Assembly (NCBI GenBank): GCA_050949565.1
Contig: JBMNFY010000011.1
Location: 32,001-96,000, forward strand
Reading direction: 5' to 3'
From: Kiritimatiellia bacterium
GTDB lineage: Bacteria > Verrucomicrobiota > Kiritimatiellia > RFP12 > UBA1067
DNA: 64,000 nt
The notes beneath the pieces were generated by a model. The model had not been told where the DNA came from. It did not search any database and saw only the letters and a list, made by a program, of their open reading frames with translations. Numbering within the stretch: position 1 is the first letter of the stretch; every line of letters starts with the position of its first letter. The translations under genes were made by a program, and so were the position numbers. Below, piece by piece: positions 16,920-26,720 of this stretch.

Positions 16920-19499
16920 ATGCGCTTGCCGCAAAACAGCACGACAGTTATCCTTACGGGCATGTGTATGGGGAGGACAGGGGAAGTCGCTTCACGACGG
17001 TGCACGCGCTTGAAGGCGTTGGCGCTGCTCTCCGCTTCGCTGATGACGGGTGGCTGGGTTGTGTCCGCCGCGCCTGCGCCGACGGTATGGCTGTGGCACG
17101 AAGAAGGAATGCCGGACAGCCTGCCCGGACTCGCGGAACGCTTGCGCATGGAGGGTTTCGCGCTACAACTCACGGACGGCGCGACGCTCGTAACAAAAGG
17201 CTTGAAGCCGGGTGCACCGGATGTGTTGGTGCTGCCCTACGGCGACCGCTACCCGGCGGCCGTGGCCGCCGCACTTAACACTCCGGCCGCGCGCGGCTGC
17301 GCTCTGGTGGTAACGGGCGGCGAACGGTCGTTCGACCAACCGATCTATTCAACCGCAGCAGGCGCACGAACCCTCACGGCGACGGGTGACGAATTGGCGT
17401 GTCTCGCACAGGATGCGGCATGGAATCGACCGCTGGCTGGACCGGATGACCGCGTGCGCACAGAAGTCGTCGGCAACGCCGTGCGCGTGACGCTGGGGCT
17501 GGCCGCCTATGCGTACGCCGGGATCGATCTGCCGCCGATGGACGCTGCCGACGCCGTGCTCGAACTTGAGTTGCGGGGCAAGCCGCCAGTGCAACGTCTT
17601 TCGCTGGACCTCCACGAAAAAGACGGAACCCGCTGGAAACAGATTGTGCCCGTATCGCCGGAGTGGACACGCCACCGCGTTCATTTCGCGCAGTTCCTGC
17701 CGTACGCCTCGCCCCGCGCCGCCGGACGCGAGGGGCCATCGCCAACGCATGTGACAAGGCTCTCTGTCGGCTCGACGCATACGATGGCAGGGCGTAAGGA
17801 CGACTGCGTTTTCGAACTGCGCGGTGTGCGTGTGTTGCGTGCGCAGGTCACGACGGCGCAGGTCGCCGCCACACCGCCGTTCGTCGATGCGAACCTCTCG
17901 GTGGCGCATTGGTTCGGCGCGCAGCATGTCGGTGAATCGCGCAGCAAGCCCGCGCCGCAGTTACGTGACGGCATGCGACGTGCGCAAGCGGAGACGCCGT
18001 TCCTGTATGCGCACACCGCTCCGCTCCAAGGATCACGCTGGGCGGTATTCGATCTCGCGGCGGTCTCAGCGGAGCGGCGTGAAACTGATGCTGACCGTGT
18101 CGTACAGGCGGTCAGGGCGTTGGCTACGGGGGTCTGGCAACAGACACCGCGCCCCCGTTTCCGCGCCGCAGAAGATCGCGTGGTGATGGATGTCTGTCTG
18201 CCGCTGATGAATCCCGGCACCGCGCAGGCAACCGTGACGGCGACGTTGCACATGGGCGGTACCGAGCCGATTTCGCGTACGTTCACGCTGCCGCCGCGCC
18301 AAAGCAAGACGATCGATATGATTTTGGCAGAGGGCATCGCGGCACCGCTCCTGACGCAAACGCCGCTCGATCTGCGTGTGGAGACGCGCGCCTCGACTGG
18401 GCCGGTTGTGGGGGACGCGCGTTTCCGTTTCGACGCCCGCGCCGCGTTGCGCGGCATCTGCGACACCATGCTGGCGCACGCCAAGGAAGACGGCCGTCTG
18501 CACGGCTACTCGTTTATCGACAACCGCGGCATCCGTGTCCTGCTGGGTGGATACGAGATCTTTGGCGACAGCCGCTACCGAGATGCCGCCCTGCGATGGG
18601 GTATGACCCAACTGACCGAGCAACGCGAAGACGGCGGATACCGCATGGGCTACGGCATTACATCCAAGGGCGAAGAGTGTTATGTTGCGGACGGCGGGGA
18701 GATCGTCGTCGGTATCCTACGGCTGGCGGCCTACGCTGAACCCGACTTGCGCGAACGTCTGCTCGCCAGTGCGGACCGCTACATGCGTTACCGCGAGTCG
18801 TTCCGCGTGGCCGAGGGCGGTATCGGCGTCGGCTGGTGCCTGTTCGATTACGGGCAGCGACCGCCCACGCCCCTGAACACGCCGACGCGCATCTACGCCC
18901 CGGAGCGCAACACCTACACGATCGGTTGCTCGTTGGCCGGAGCCTACGGACACGCCGCGTTGCGCGGACAGCCCGACCTCTTCCGACAAGCCGCTGCCGA
19001 TGCCGACTGGCTGATGCCGCGGACCAGCAAACTGAACGGGGCCTTTATCGAGAGCTTCGTATTCGCGCACGCTTTCGCCGTGACCCCGGAAAGACGCAAA
19101 CTCTACGCGGATTACCTGCACTCGGCTTTTCTTGATCCGATGCTGAGCGCGGCCAACAAAGAGCGGACATGGTGGTTCGACGGCCAAGGACGCCATGCCC
19201 TAAATCTCTTCGGTCTGGTATACTGTGCACACCGGCTGGAAGAGCGAGCGGAGTTGACCGCCGAGATTTATCGCGCACTGTGTGCGATGTTTTCGTCGGA
19301 CGCGCCGCGATCGATCCCCGAAATTCTCGCTGGACAACAGTTGAGACAACCGGAATGGCTGGCCATCAGCTACGGCACGCTGGGGCTGGTCGATGCCGTG
19401 TCGCCACTGGCAAGTATGGCGCGATGGACGGATGGTCCGCCTCGTGAAACCTCTCGCAAGACAGATCACAAAAAACACCAACAAAAGGACAAATCATGA
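16920..19499 (+). CDS. Large secreted hypothetical protein (CBM-like jelly roll plus probable alpha/alpha-barrel C-terminus)
   Basis: GGAGG RBS; hydrophobic leader; LSLDLHEKDGTRW...VSPEWTRHRVHF CBM-like pattern; QREDGGY repeat-like motif. Confidence 0.6.
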   Translation: MRLPQNSTTVILTGMCMGRTGEVASRRCTRLKALALLSASLMTGGWVVSAAPAPTVWLWHEEGMPDSLPGLAERLRMEGFALQLTDGATLVTKGLKPGAPDVLVLPYGDRYPAAVAAALNTPAARGCALVVTGGERSFDQPIYSTAAGARTLTATGDELACLAQDAAWNRPLAGPDDRVRTEVVGNAVRVTLGLAAYAYAGIDLPPMDAADAVLELELRGKPPVQRLSLDLHEKDGTRWKQIVPVSPEWTRHRVHFAQFLPYASPRAAGREGPSPTHVTRLSVGSTHTMAGRKDDCVFELRGVRVLRAQVTTAQVAATPPFVDANLSVAHWFGAQHVGESRSKPAPQLRDGMRRAQAETPFLYAHTAPLQGSRWAVFDLAAVSAERRETDADRVVQAVRALATGVWQQTPRPRFRAAEDRVVMDVCLPLMNPGTAQATVTATLHMGGTEPISRTFTLPPRQSKTIDMILAEGIAAPLLTQTPLDLRVETRASTGPVVGDARFRFDARAALRGICDTMLAHAKEDGRLHGYSFIDNRGIRVLLGGYEIFGDSRYRDAALRWGMTQLTEQREDGGYRMGYGITSKGEECYVADGGEIVVGILRLAAYAEPDLRERLLASADRYMRYRESFRVAEGGIGVGWCLFDYGQRPPTPLNTPTRIYAPERNTYTIGCSLAGAYGHAALRGQPDLFRQAAADADWLMPRTSKLNGAFIESFVFAHAFAVTPERRKLYADYLHSAFLDPMLSAANKERTWWFDGQGRHALNLFGLVYCAHRLEERAELTAEIYRALCAMFSSDAPRSIPEILAGQQLRQPEWLAISYGTLGLVDAVSPLASMARWTDGPPRETSRKTDHKKHQQKDKS

Positions 19500-20842
19500 A
19501 ACGACTGATGATTGCGGCGGCGGCCGCATGTCTCTCTCTCTCACTGTGTTCGTCGGTACATGCCCGACTGATCGACACGGTCCCTATGATCGTGCGCGCG
19601 GACAATGACGCCACCATAACGCTGACCTTTGAAAATGAACCGCTGCTCGCCAAGCCGGATGACGTGCAGGCGGAATACGTCTGCGCGGACGGACTCGACG
19701 CCAACGGCGTGCCGCTCGGCTACGGACGTTTTCAGGCGATACCGTGCGAGATCCGCGACAACACGCTGACGGTAACCGTCCGCTTCCGTGGCGAAACCCA
19801 ACACACCATCCGGGTCATTCAAAAAAGTTCCAATCCCAAAAAGCCCAAGGTGCTGGGCGTGGCCCAGCTCTACTCGCTGCGCCCAGACTACTTCGCCCTG
19901 CGGCCTTATCGGGGCGACATGCACATGCACAGCAAATTCTCGGACGGCAACAAGAACGAATCGCCGGCCCTGATGGTCGCCACCTGCCGCAAACTCGGAC
20001 AGGACTTCGCCATCGAGACCGACCACCACGCCTATGCCGGCTCGCTGGATGCCATCGCGGCGTTTTCAAAACTCCCGACGGACATGAAGACATTCCCCGG
20101 AGAAGAGGTACACAGCCCCGGAAACGGCGTGCACATCCTGTCGCTCGGCGCGTCGGAGAGCATGACGGATTGGTTCACGAAATCAAGGGCCGAGTACGAT
20201 CAGGCGGTCGCGGCGGAACGAGCCAAATTGCCGGACACGATCCCCGATAGCTTCAAGCACCAAATCGCCGCCTCGTTCGCGGTTTGGGACAAGATCCGTG
20301 CCTGCGGCGGCATCGCCGTGTTTTGCCACCCCTACTGGCGGCCAGCCTACCGGCAGTACGTCCCTGCCATCGTCTCCGACTACCTGTTGGAAACGGCGAA
20401 GTTTGACGCGATGGAAGTGCTCAATTGCGACAGTAGCGAACTCAGCATCCTCCACTACAACGAACTGCGTGCACAAGGCAAAAAGATCGCTGGCATCGGT
20501 GTCACCGACGCCCACGCATCCAAGAACTTGGGGGTCGCCTACACCTTGGTTCTGGCTGAGCAATTGGACTTCCCGTCGCTGGCCAAGAACATCCGCCTGC
20601 GTAACTGTGCGGCGGTGGATATCGACCCCGTTTCAAAACGGCAAACCGTCACCGGCGAGTTCCGTTTCTCCCGTTACGCCCTCTTCCTGCTCAAGCATTT
20701 CTTCCCGCTTCAGGATGACATCTGCCGTAAGGAAGGCGAGTGGCTGCTGAAGGCGCTTGAAGGTGACGAGCAGGCCATCGCCTCGTTGAAGGCATCGCAA
20801 GGAACGACACCCGCGCTCAGGGTCAAGTATTGGCAGAAATGA
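19496..20842 (+). CDS. Secreted PHP-domain metallohydrolase
   Basis: GDMHMHS, TDHH, GEE, CHPYW, TDAH metal ligands; ATGA overlap with the upstream gene. Confidence 0.85.
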   Translation: MKRLMIAAAAACLSLSLCSSVHARLIDTVPMIVRADNDATITLTFENEPLLAKPDDVQAEYVCADGLDANGVPLGYGRFQAIPCEIRDNTLTVTVRFRGETQHTIRVIQKSSNPKKPKVLGVAQLYSLRPDYFALRPYRGDMHMHSKFSDGNKNESPALMVATCRKLGQDFAIETDHHAYAGSLDAIAAFSKLPTDMKTFPGEEVHSPGNGVHILSLGASESMTDWFTKSRAEYDQAVAAERAKLPDTIPDSFKHQIAASFAVWDKIRACGGIAVFCHPYWRPAYRQYVPAIVSDYLLETAKFDAMEVLNCDSSELSILHYNELRAQGKKIAGIGVTDAHASKNLGVAYTLVLAEQLDFPSLAKNIRLRNCAAVDIDPVSKRQTVTGEFRFSRYALFLLKHFFPLQDDICRKEGEWLLKALEGDEQAIASLKASQGTTPALRVKYWQK

Positions 20843-20852
20843 TCGCATGGCA

Positions 20853-20958
20853 GTTAGCATTTAGGAGTTAGGATTTAGGAGTTTTTCAGGATCGGGATCG
20901 GGATCGCTATCGGGATCGTTCTTCATGGATATTGTGGACTTCGTGGACGTTGTGGACA
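20853..20958. repeat. Stacked short tandem repeats: TTAGGA(G/T) heptamers, ATCGGG hexamers, GTGGAC-based nonamers
   Basis: Read directly; the 28-nt block 20891-20918 is identical to 50005-50032. Confidence 0.85.
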
Positions 20959-23900
20959 CGCAACAGAGTGACTACAAGGCTGTACCGCGCACACGAGGCG
21001 TGTGCCTCCTGTTGGTGATCGTAAGCACCGGCGCGGCGGTTTTCGCCGCGCCGGGCGGACGCTGGACGTTTGACGGCTCGCCGGCGGACAGCAGCGGCAA
21101 CGGCCTGCACGCGAAGATAACGGGCACGCCGCAGTACGTGGCGGCGCGGGACGGTCAGGCGCTGCGATTGGAAGGGAGCGCGGCAACCATCCCCGACGCG
21201 CCCGGTCTGCGGCTCGCGCGCGGTATGCGCATCGAAACGCGCGTGCGCTTTGACGCGCTGGCGGACGGCAACGCTTGGATTGATGTCGCCATAAAGGGCA
21301 GCTACAATCACGGCGAGTATATCCTGCGCGTCAATCCCGAATCGGAGGGCCGCCAGTTCGGCTTTTTCGTAAACACCGGTGCCTGGGAGCCGCGCGTTAA
21401 CGGACGCGTCCGCGTGACCACCAATGTCTGGTACGATGTGGCGGCGGGATGGGACGAACAGGGCCTCTGGCTGACGGTGAATGGCGATACGACGCGCACG
21501 GCCCGCAATGGTCTTCCGGTCACCACTTGGGGGCCGTTACGCGTCGGCCCGTTTCACGGCGCGATCGATACGCTGAGCGTCCAGCGCACGGACGACGGTT
21601 TGCAAGGGATCGGCCTCTGGCCATTCGAGGGCGACTTGCGCGACCGCACGGAACATGGACGCCACTGGCGTGCCGACGGTGCTACCTTCGTGTCTGCGGA
21701 ACACGGCGGCTTAGCATTGAACGCAACCTCCGCCGCACCCGAATTGCCCAGTCACGCCGACCTGCAACTTGCAGCGGGGCTCCGGCTCGACTGCGCGGTG
21801 CTATTCAACGACATACCGACCAACATCACACCGATCGTGATGAAACAGGGCGAGTACATGCTGCGCCTCGATGCGCAATCAGAGGGCGGGCTTCTTGCGT
21901 TTTTTGTCAACCTCGATGGCAAGTGGGAGTCGCGTGTGCGGAGCGTGCAGCGTCCCGAGCCCGGTGTCTGGTATTACGTTTCCGCAAACTGGAATGGCTT
22001 TGAGCTTATGCTGGATGTCAACGGCGAACGCAACCAAGTCACGCGCGTGGGCGTGCCCCGCCCCGGCTCGGCACCGCTCAAACTCGGGCGGTTCAACGGC
22101 GCGATCGACAACCTGCATATTGAGAATCCCCGGCCAGCCGTGGTGCGGCTACGCAACCTCACGACGCATGCTGTCCTGCTGCATGCCGGACAGCCGGTCC
22201 GAGTGAGTGCCGAGGTGGTCCACTATGCCCAAGCCGTCACGGGTTGCGTTGCGACACTCGATCTGCCGACCGGCGTGACCTGCGACACGCCGGTGTCCGT
22301 ACCGCTCGCACTGCTTGCCCCAACCGAGGCGCAGACCGTAGAATGGACGTTGCGCGCGAATACCGGCCAAGTCGCCACAGCGACGTTCCGGCTGGTCGCC
22401 AACGGCGAGACCCTGCATCAGGCCAAGAAAACACTGCCCTTTTTCGGTGCCGCTGACCGTGCACTCGGGACTGGCGTATGGACACCGCCGCCGCGTCCGA
22501 CCGATACGCAGGCCGCAACCTATTACGTGGACAGTGTATATGGCGACAATGCCAACGCCGGCACGTCACCCACAGCCGCGTGGCGCGATTTCACGCCGGT
22601 CAACGGGCGCACGCTCGGTCCCGGTGAACGCCTACTGCTGCGCCGTGGCAGCGTGTTCAATCAGGAACTCAGACTCTCGGCGCGTGGCACACCTGAAGTG
22701 TGGGCCGAGATCGGCAGCTACGGCGAGGGCGCACGACCGGTCATCCGCCGCAACTGGGATATCGATGATCGTTGCGCGTTGATCGAGAGCCCCGACTATC
22801 TGGCCGTCCGCGGCCTGACAGTCTGTTTTGCGGGCAAGGGCTTCGTGGTCCACTACGCGCACAGCGGACATCGCGGCCTGCTGATCGAAGATTGTGTGGC
22901 GCACCACATCGAGGGCCTTTACCGCCACAACAGCCACGGCATCCCCGAGTGGCTCCACCGGCGCGGCGCACCCGGCGACAGCGCGCGATCATGCGGGTTC
23001 GGCGTCAGCGGCTCGGCAGCATCCATGTTGGTGATCCGCGACTGTGAGATGTTCCAATGTTCCAGTGGCTTTTTCTTCGCTGGGCACGATGTCACCATCG
23101 ACCGTGTCTTCTGTCACGACAACTTCACGCACAATACATCGCCGCATCCGTTTCTGGTGTCGGTCTGGCGGGCGTATCTGCAGAACAGCGTGTTCGACGC
23201 GGCGGGCTGGCATGCTTACGCCGGCACCATGGGGATCATGCTGGGCAACCAGAACGGACTGATCATCCGCAACTGCCACTTCCTCAACCAGCCGGACTCC
23301 GGTTCGCACGACGAAGGCGGCGTCGACTTCGAGGCGGGCGGCGACGGCTGCCTGATCGACCACTGCACCTTCCGCAACAACGCCGGCGCGGCGATCGAAG
23401 TACTTGGATTGAAATCACCCCAGGCGCGTAATGTCGAGATCGCGAATTCGCGCTTCATCCGCAACAACGTCGCCAACAAACTCGGCCCTTCGGAAATTTT
23501 CATCTGGGGCGGCAACCGCGACCCCGAAGTCTGCTGTAGCACGGGAACCATCCGCGACAACGGCTACGTGCTCACGCCCGGCGTACTGTTCTTCACCAAC
23601 CAGGCCCCCGCGTTGACCCGCTGGACCTTGACGAACAACACCCAGTACGCCACCAGCGAAGAACTGGAGCGCGCCATGCCGTTCAACGATCCGCCGCGAG
23701 TGAATGCCGGTCGCGAAATCTGGACCGATCAGCCGCAGGTGCGCCTGACCGGCTCGGTCACAGATGATGCGCGCCCCGCGCCCGCACGGCTCGCCGTGCG
23801 CTGGGAGTTATTGCACGGCCCCGGCACGGTGGTGTTCGATGATCCGTCCGCGGCTGTCACCGATGCGCGTTTCTCCGCGCCCGGAGATTATCTGCTCCGT

Positions 23901-24470
23901 CTGGTGGCGGATGACGGCGAGCTGTGGCGCAGCGCCCTGACCACCGTGCATCTCCTGCCGCCGCGTACTACAGTGGCGCGTGCGTGGACCTTTGAAACGA
24001 CACACGACAAGGAGGGGTGGAGCGACTGGGATCTCGGCACGAGCGACCAAGACTGGCGTGACCAAAAATGGGCCTGCATCTCGCGACCGGTCAAACACGT
24101 CGCCGGCGGCTTTTACTCCGTAGCGGTCGAAAAGAGTGCCGGGGCGTACCTGCTCTCAGCCGACGCACTTAACGTGCCGCTCGCTTCCGCACCGCGCTTC
24201 ACGATCCGCATGCAGAACCGCACCGGCGCGACGAGCATGCGCCTACGCTTCACCACCGATACCGAACCGTCATGGGAAGCGAACCTCGGCATACGTTTCG
24301 CCGTGAACAACTATGATCCCTCGCCGCACCTCTACACGGTAGAGATGAGCGCGGTTGACGGTTGGCGCGGAACGCTCAAGCAGCTCAGGCTCGAACTCAC
24401 CGACGGCACACCCATCACCGGCTCCTGCCGTATCGACTACATCTGGCTGGGCGGCTCTGCCCAGCCCTAG
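20925..24470 (+). CDS. Secreted multidomain protein: 2x LamG-like, right-handed beta-helix, PKD/Ig-like, CBM-like
   Basis: WTFDG..ADSSGNG and WPFEGDLRD LamG starts; TYYVDS..GDNANAGTSP..AW; VNAG...LTGSVTDD...PGDYLLRL. Start codon uncertain (overlaps repeats). Confidence 0.8.
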   Translation: MDIVDFVDVVDTQQSDYKAVPRTRGVCLLLVIVSTGAAVFAAPGGRWTFDGSPADSSGNGLHAKITGTPQYVAARDGQALRLEGSAATIPDAPGLRLARGMRIETRVRFDALADGNAWIDVAIKGSYNHGEYILRVNPESEGRQFGFFVNTGAWEPRVNGRVRVTTNVWYDVAAGWDEQGLWLTVNGDTTRTARNGLPVTTWGPLRVGPFHGAIDTLSVQRTDDGLQGIGLWPFEGDLRDRTEHGRHWRADGATFVSAEHGGLALNATSAAPELPSHADLQLAAGLRLDCAVLFNDIPTNITPIVMKQGEYMLRLDAQSEGGLLAFFVNLDGKWESRVRSVQRPEPGVWYYVSANWNGFELMLDVNGERNQVTRVGVPRPGSAPLKLGRFNGAIDNLHIENPRPAVVRLRNLTTHAVLLHAGQPVRVSAEVVHYAQAVTGCVATLDLPTGVTCDTPVSVPLALLAPTEAQTVEWTLRANTGQVATATFRLVANGETLHQAKKTLPFFGAADRALGTGVWTPPPRPTDTQAATYYVDSVYGDNANAGTSPTAAWRDFTPVNGRTLGPGERLLLRRGSVFNQELRLSARGTPEVWAEIGSYGEGARPVIRRNWDIDDRCALIESPDYLAVRGLTVCFAGKGFVVHYAHSGHRGLLIEDCVAHHIEGLYRHNSHGIPEWLHRRGAPGDSARSCGFGVSGSAASMLVIRDCEMFQCSSGFFFAGHDVTIDRVFCHDNFTHNTSPHPFLVSVWRAYLQNSVFDAAGWHAYAGTMGIMLGNQNGLIIRNCHFLNQPDSGSHDEGGVDFEAGGDGCLIDHCTFRNNAGAAIEVLGLKSPQARNVEIANSRFIRNNVANKLGPSEIFIWGGNRDPEVCCSTGTIRDNGYVLTPGVLFFTNQAPALTRWTLTNNTQYATSEELERAMPFNDPPRVNAGREIWTDQPQVRLTGSVTDDARPAPARLAVRWELLHGPGTVVFDDPSAAVTDARFSAPGDYLLRLVADDGELWRSALTTVHLLPPRTTVARAWTFETTHDKEGWSDWDLGTSDQDWRDQKWACISRPVKHVAGGFYSVAVEKSAGAYLLSADALNVPLASAPRFTIRMQNRTGATSMRLRFTTDTEPSWEANLGIRFAVNNYDPSPHLYTVEMSAVDGWRGTLKQLRLELTDGTPITGSCRIDYIWLGGSAQP

Positions 24471-24552
24471 CGATTTTGCACACACAGCCAAACTTTTGCA
24501 TGTTTTCTGCGAAAACAGTTGCATGGATGCCAAAACATGCTACTCTAGTTCC

Positions 24553-25887
24553 ATGATTATTCAATTTTCCGTTTCGAACTACCGGTGTTTTCGGGAGTTT
24601 CAGACGCTTAATCTGACGGCAAGCAGTGATAAGTCGTTACCTGACAACTGTATTGTCACATCGCTGGCGGGACGCCCCGAAAGACGTTGGCTCAAAGGCG
24701 CTGCGATTTATGGCGCGAACGCGAGCGGTAAGTCAACGGTTCTGAATGCTTTGAAGGCACTGGCAGGAATGGTCATCCACTCCGCAAAGATCACGGATGC
24801 CACGGAACCGATCAGGCAGATTGATCCATTTGCTCTGTGTCCCGATCATCCCGAAGTCCCTACAGCCTTCGGGGTTGTGTTTGTTGTCGATGACACGCGA
24901 TATGAATACCGAGTGGCGGCCACGCGCAAACGTATCTGGCACGAATCGTTGCGGGCGTTTCCCAGCGCTCGCGCACAGACGTGGTATGCTCGTGACTGGA
25001 GTCCGGAATCCGCCTCCTATGTCTGGACGCCGGAACGGCCGACGGGATTTCAGCGCGATCCTCAACTGGAGAGCTATACACTGAGCAACATGCTGTTCCT
25101 GTCAAAAGCGGTAGCCAACAACCGTGCAGAGTTGGAGCCGATCTTCCGTTGGTTTAAAGAAAATTTGGTTTTCTTGGACATGAGTGCGCGGAGCCACCTG
25201 TCACTTGACTACACACTCAATCAGATCGAGCAACAAGGCGAATATTGTGCGTCAATCAAAGAACTGTTACGCCATGCGGACATCGGCGTAACCGGTGTGG
25301 AAACAATTGAGGACGGTTCTCCTGAAAAGGTCGAAAAACTATTCGCTGATGTCCCCGTAGAAATCCAAAAGCGTTTTATCAAAGAAACGTGGTTACGCCC
25401 TTCGTTGATACACGCAGGAATGACGCCTGTTCAGATTCCTTTGCCATGGGAGACCGAATCGGCGGGCACTCGCCGTTTGTTTGCACTGGCGGGGCCGTGG
25501 CTGGATATTCTTAACCGAGGGAAGGTAGTCTGCATCGACGAGTTGGAGACCAGCATGCACCCGCACATGGTGCGGGAACTGCTACGGCTGTTTTTCGATC
25601 CAGCCGTTAATACCGGTGGTGCGCAAGTGATCTTCACGACCCACAATCCGCTCTTGCTCGACACAACCCTGTTGCGCCGCGACCAAGTGTGGTTCACCGA
25701 CAAGGATAACAAAGGCGCAGCTCACCTCTATCCCCTGACCGACTATAGTCCCCGCAAAGGCGAGTCGCTCGTCCGTGGCTACCTCTCCGGAAGGTACGGA
25801 GCGCTGCCATTCATCCCTGCAGGACTGCTCGATGCAATACCGTCGTACGAGGGGAAAGAGACAACTCCGGAGGTTCCCCATGACTGA
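24553..25887 (+). CDS. AAA_21 ATPase (RloA/AbiLi-like)
   Basis: MIIQFSVSNYRCF, AIYGANASGKS (Walker A), ESAGT, CIDELETSMHP (Walker B), QVIFTTH, RRDQVWF, YLSGRYGALP. Confidence 0.9.
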   Translation: MIIQFSVSNYRCFREFQTLNLTASSDKSLPDNCIVTSLAGRPERRWLKGAAIYGANASGKSTVLNALKALAGMVIHSAKITDATEPIRQIDPFALCPDHPEVPTAFGVVFVVDDTRYEYRVAATRKRIWHESLRAFPSARAQTWYARDWSPESASYVWTPERPTGFQRDPQLESYTLSNMLFLSKAVANNRAELEPIFRWFKENLVFLDMSARSHLSLDYTLNQIEQQGEYCASIKELLRHADIGVTGVETIEDGSPEKVEKLFADVPVEIQKRFIKETWLRPSLIHAGMTPVQIPLPWETESAGTRRLFALAGPWLDILNRGKVVCIDELETSMHPHMVRELLRLFFDPAVNTGGAQVIFTTHNPLLLDTTLLRRDQVWFTDKDNKGAAHLYPLTDYSPRKGESLVRGYLSGRYGALPFIPAGLLDAIPSYEGKETTPEVPHD

Positions 25888-26632
25888 CGGTTGCGGTTAT
25901 GATCCGGAATGGTGGAAAATACCCAAGGCGGCAAGTATCGCTCGAAAACGCCGGGCCACCACGTCCCGCGCAACCGCCAAGCCGGGGGACGCTTTTTTGA
26001 TTGTCACCGAAGGACAAGTAACAGAACCAGTCTACTTCAACTGTTTACTGAAAGATCTCCGGTTGCACACTGTTCACGTTAAGGTCATACCCGGTCACAC
26101 TCCCGATCCGCTTCGCGTGATTGATACTGCGGTCGAAGAGGTCAAGGCTCACCAGAAGAAATACAAGAACGGTTTGCTTGCGCAAGATGAGCCGTCAAAA
26201 TTCGATCATGTCTGGGTTGTCATCGACACTGACGTTGCGGTCCGGACGGGGTGTTGGAATGACGTGAAGCAACTCGCGGCTACACAAAAAGTAAAGCTTG
26301 CGCACTCAACACCCTGTTTCGAATACTGGTTGCTTTTGCATCTGTCGTACACGACCCGTGGAGATCTGGTGGATGGCGATGCCGCCAAGCGTGCGGTGGA
26401 AAAGGAGTTGGGCCGGGACTATTCGACAAACGAAAAAGTTGCTCGTGACGTCATGCCGCTATTCATGAATCACTGGCCAGAGGCGGTACGCCATGCGCAA
26501 AGAGTGCGTCAACATCATGCCGATGCCAACACCCCCGAGCCAGCCAATCCATCTACCGAGGTTGATCGCCTCGTCCAAGCGCTGAGTGATTCGAGTCGCT
26601 ACGGTCGACAGGCCGCAATCACAACGGAATAA
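25880..26632 (+). CDS. RloB-family protein (AbiLii-like, TOPRIM-like)
   Basis: LIVTEGQVTEPVYF, VWVVIDTD, STPCFEYWLLLH, NPSTEV; overlaps the ATPase stop. Confidence 0.9.
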   Translation: MTDGCGYDPEWWKIPKAASIARKRRATTSRATAKPGDAFLIVTEGQVTEPVYFNCLLKDLRLHTVHVKVIPGHTPDPLRVIDTAVEEVKAHQKKYKNGLLAQDEPSKFDHVWVVIDTDVAVRTGCWNDVKQLAATQKVKLAHSTPCFEYWLLLHLSYTTRGDLVDGDAAKRAVEKELGRDYSTNEKVARDVMPLFMNHWPEAVRHAQRVRQHHADANTPEPANPSTEVDRLVQALSDSSRYGRQAAITTE

Positions 26633-26720
26633 AAACAGCCGCGCAAGCCCCCTTCACACGAAAAGGGCGTAAAACCCGCTCCGTGCCTCATCTTGCTTTT
26701 GAGTGGTCGGAGAGTAACGC

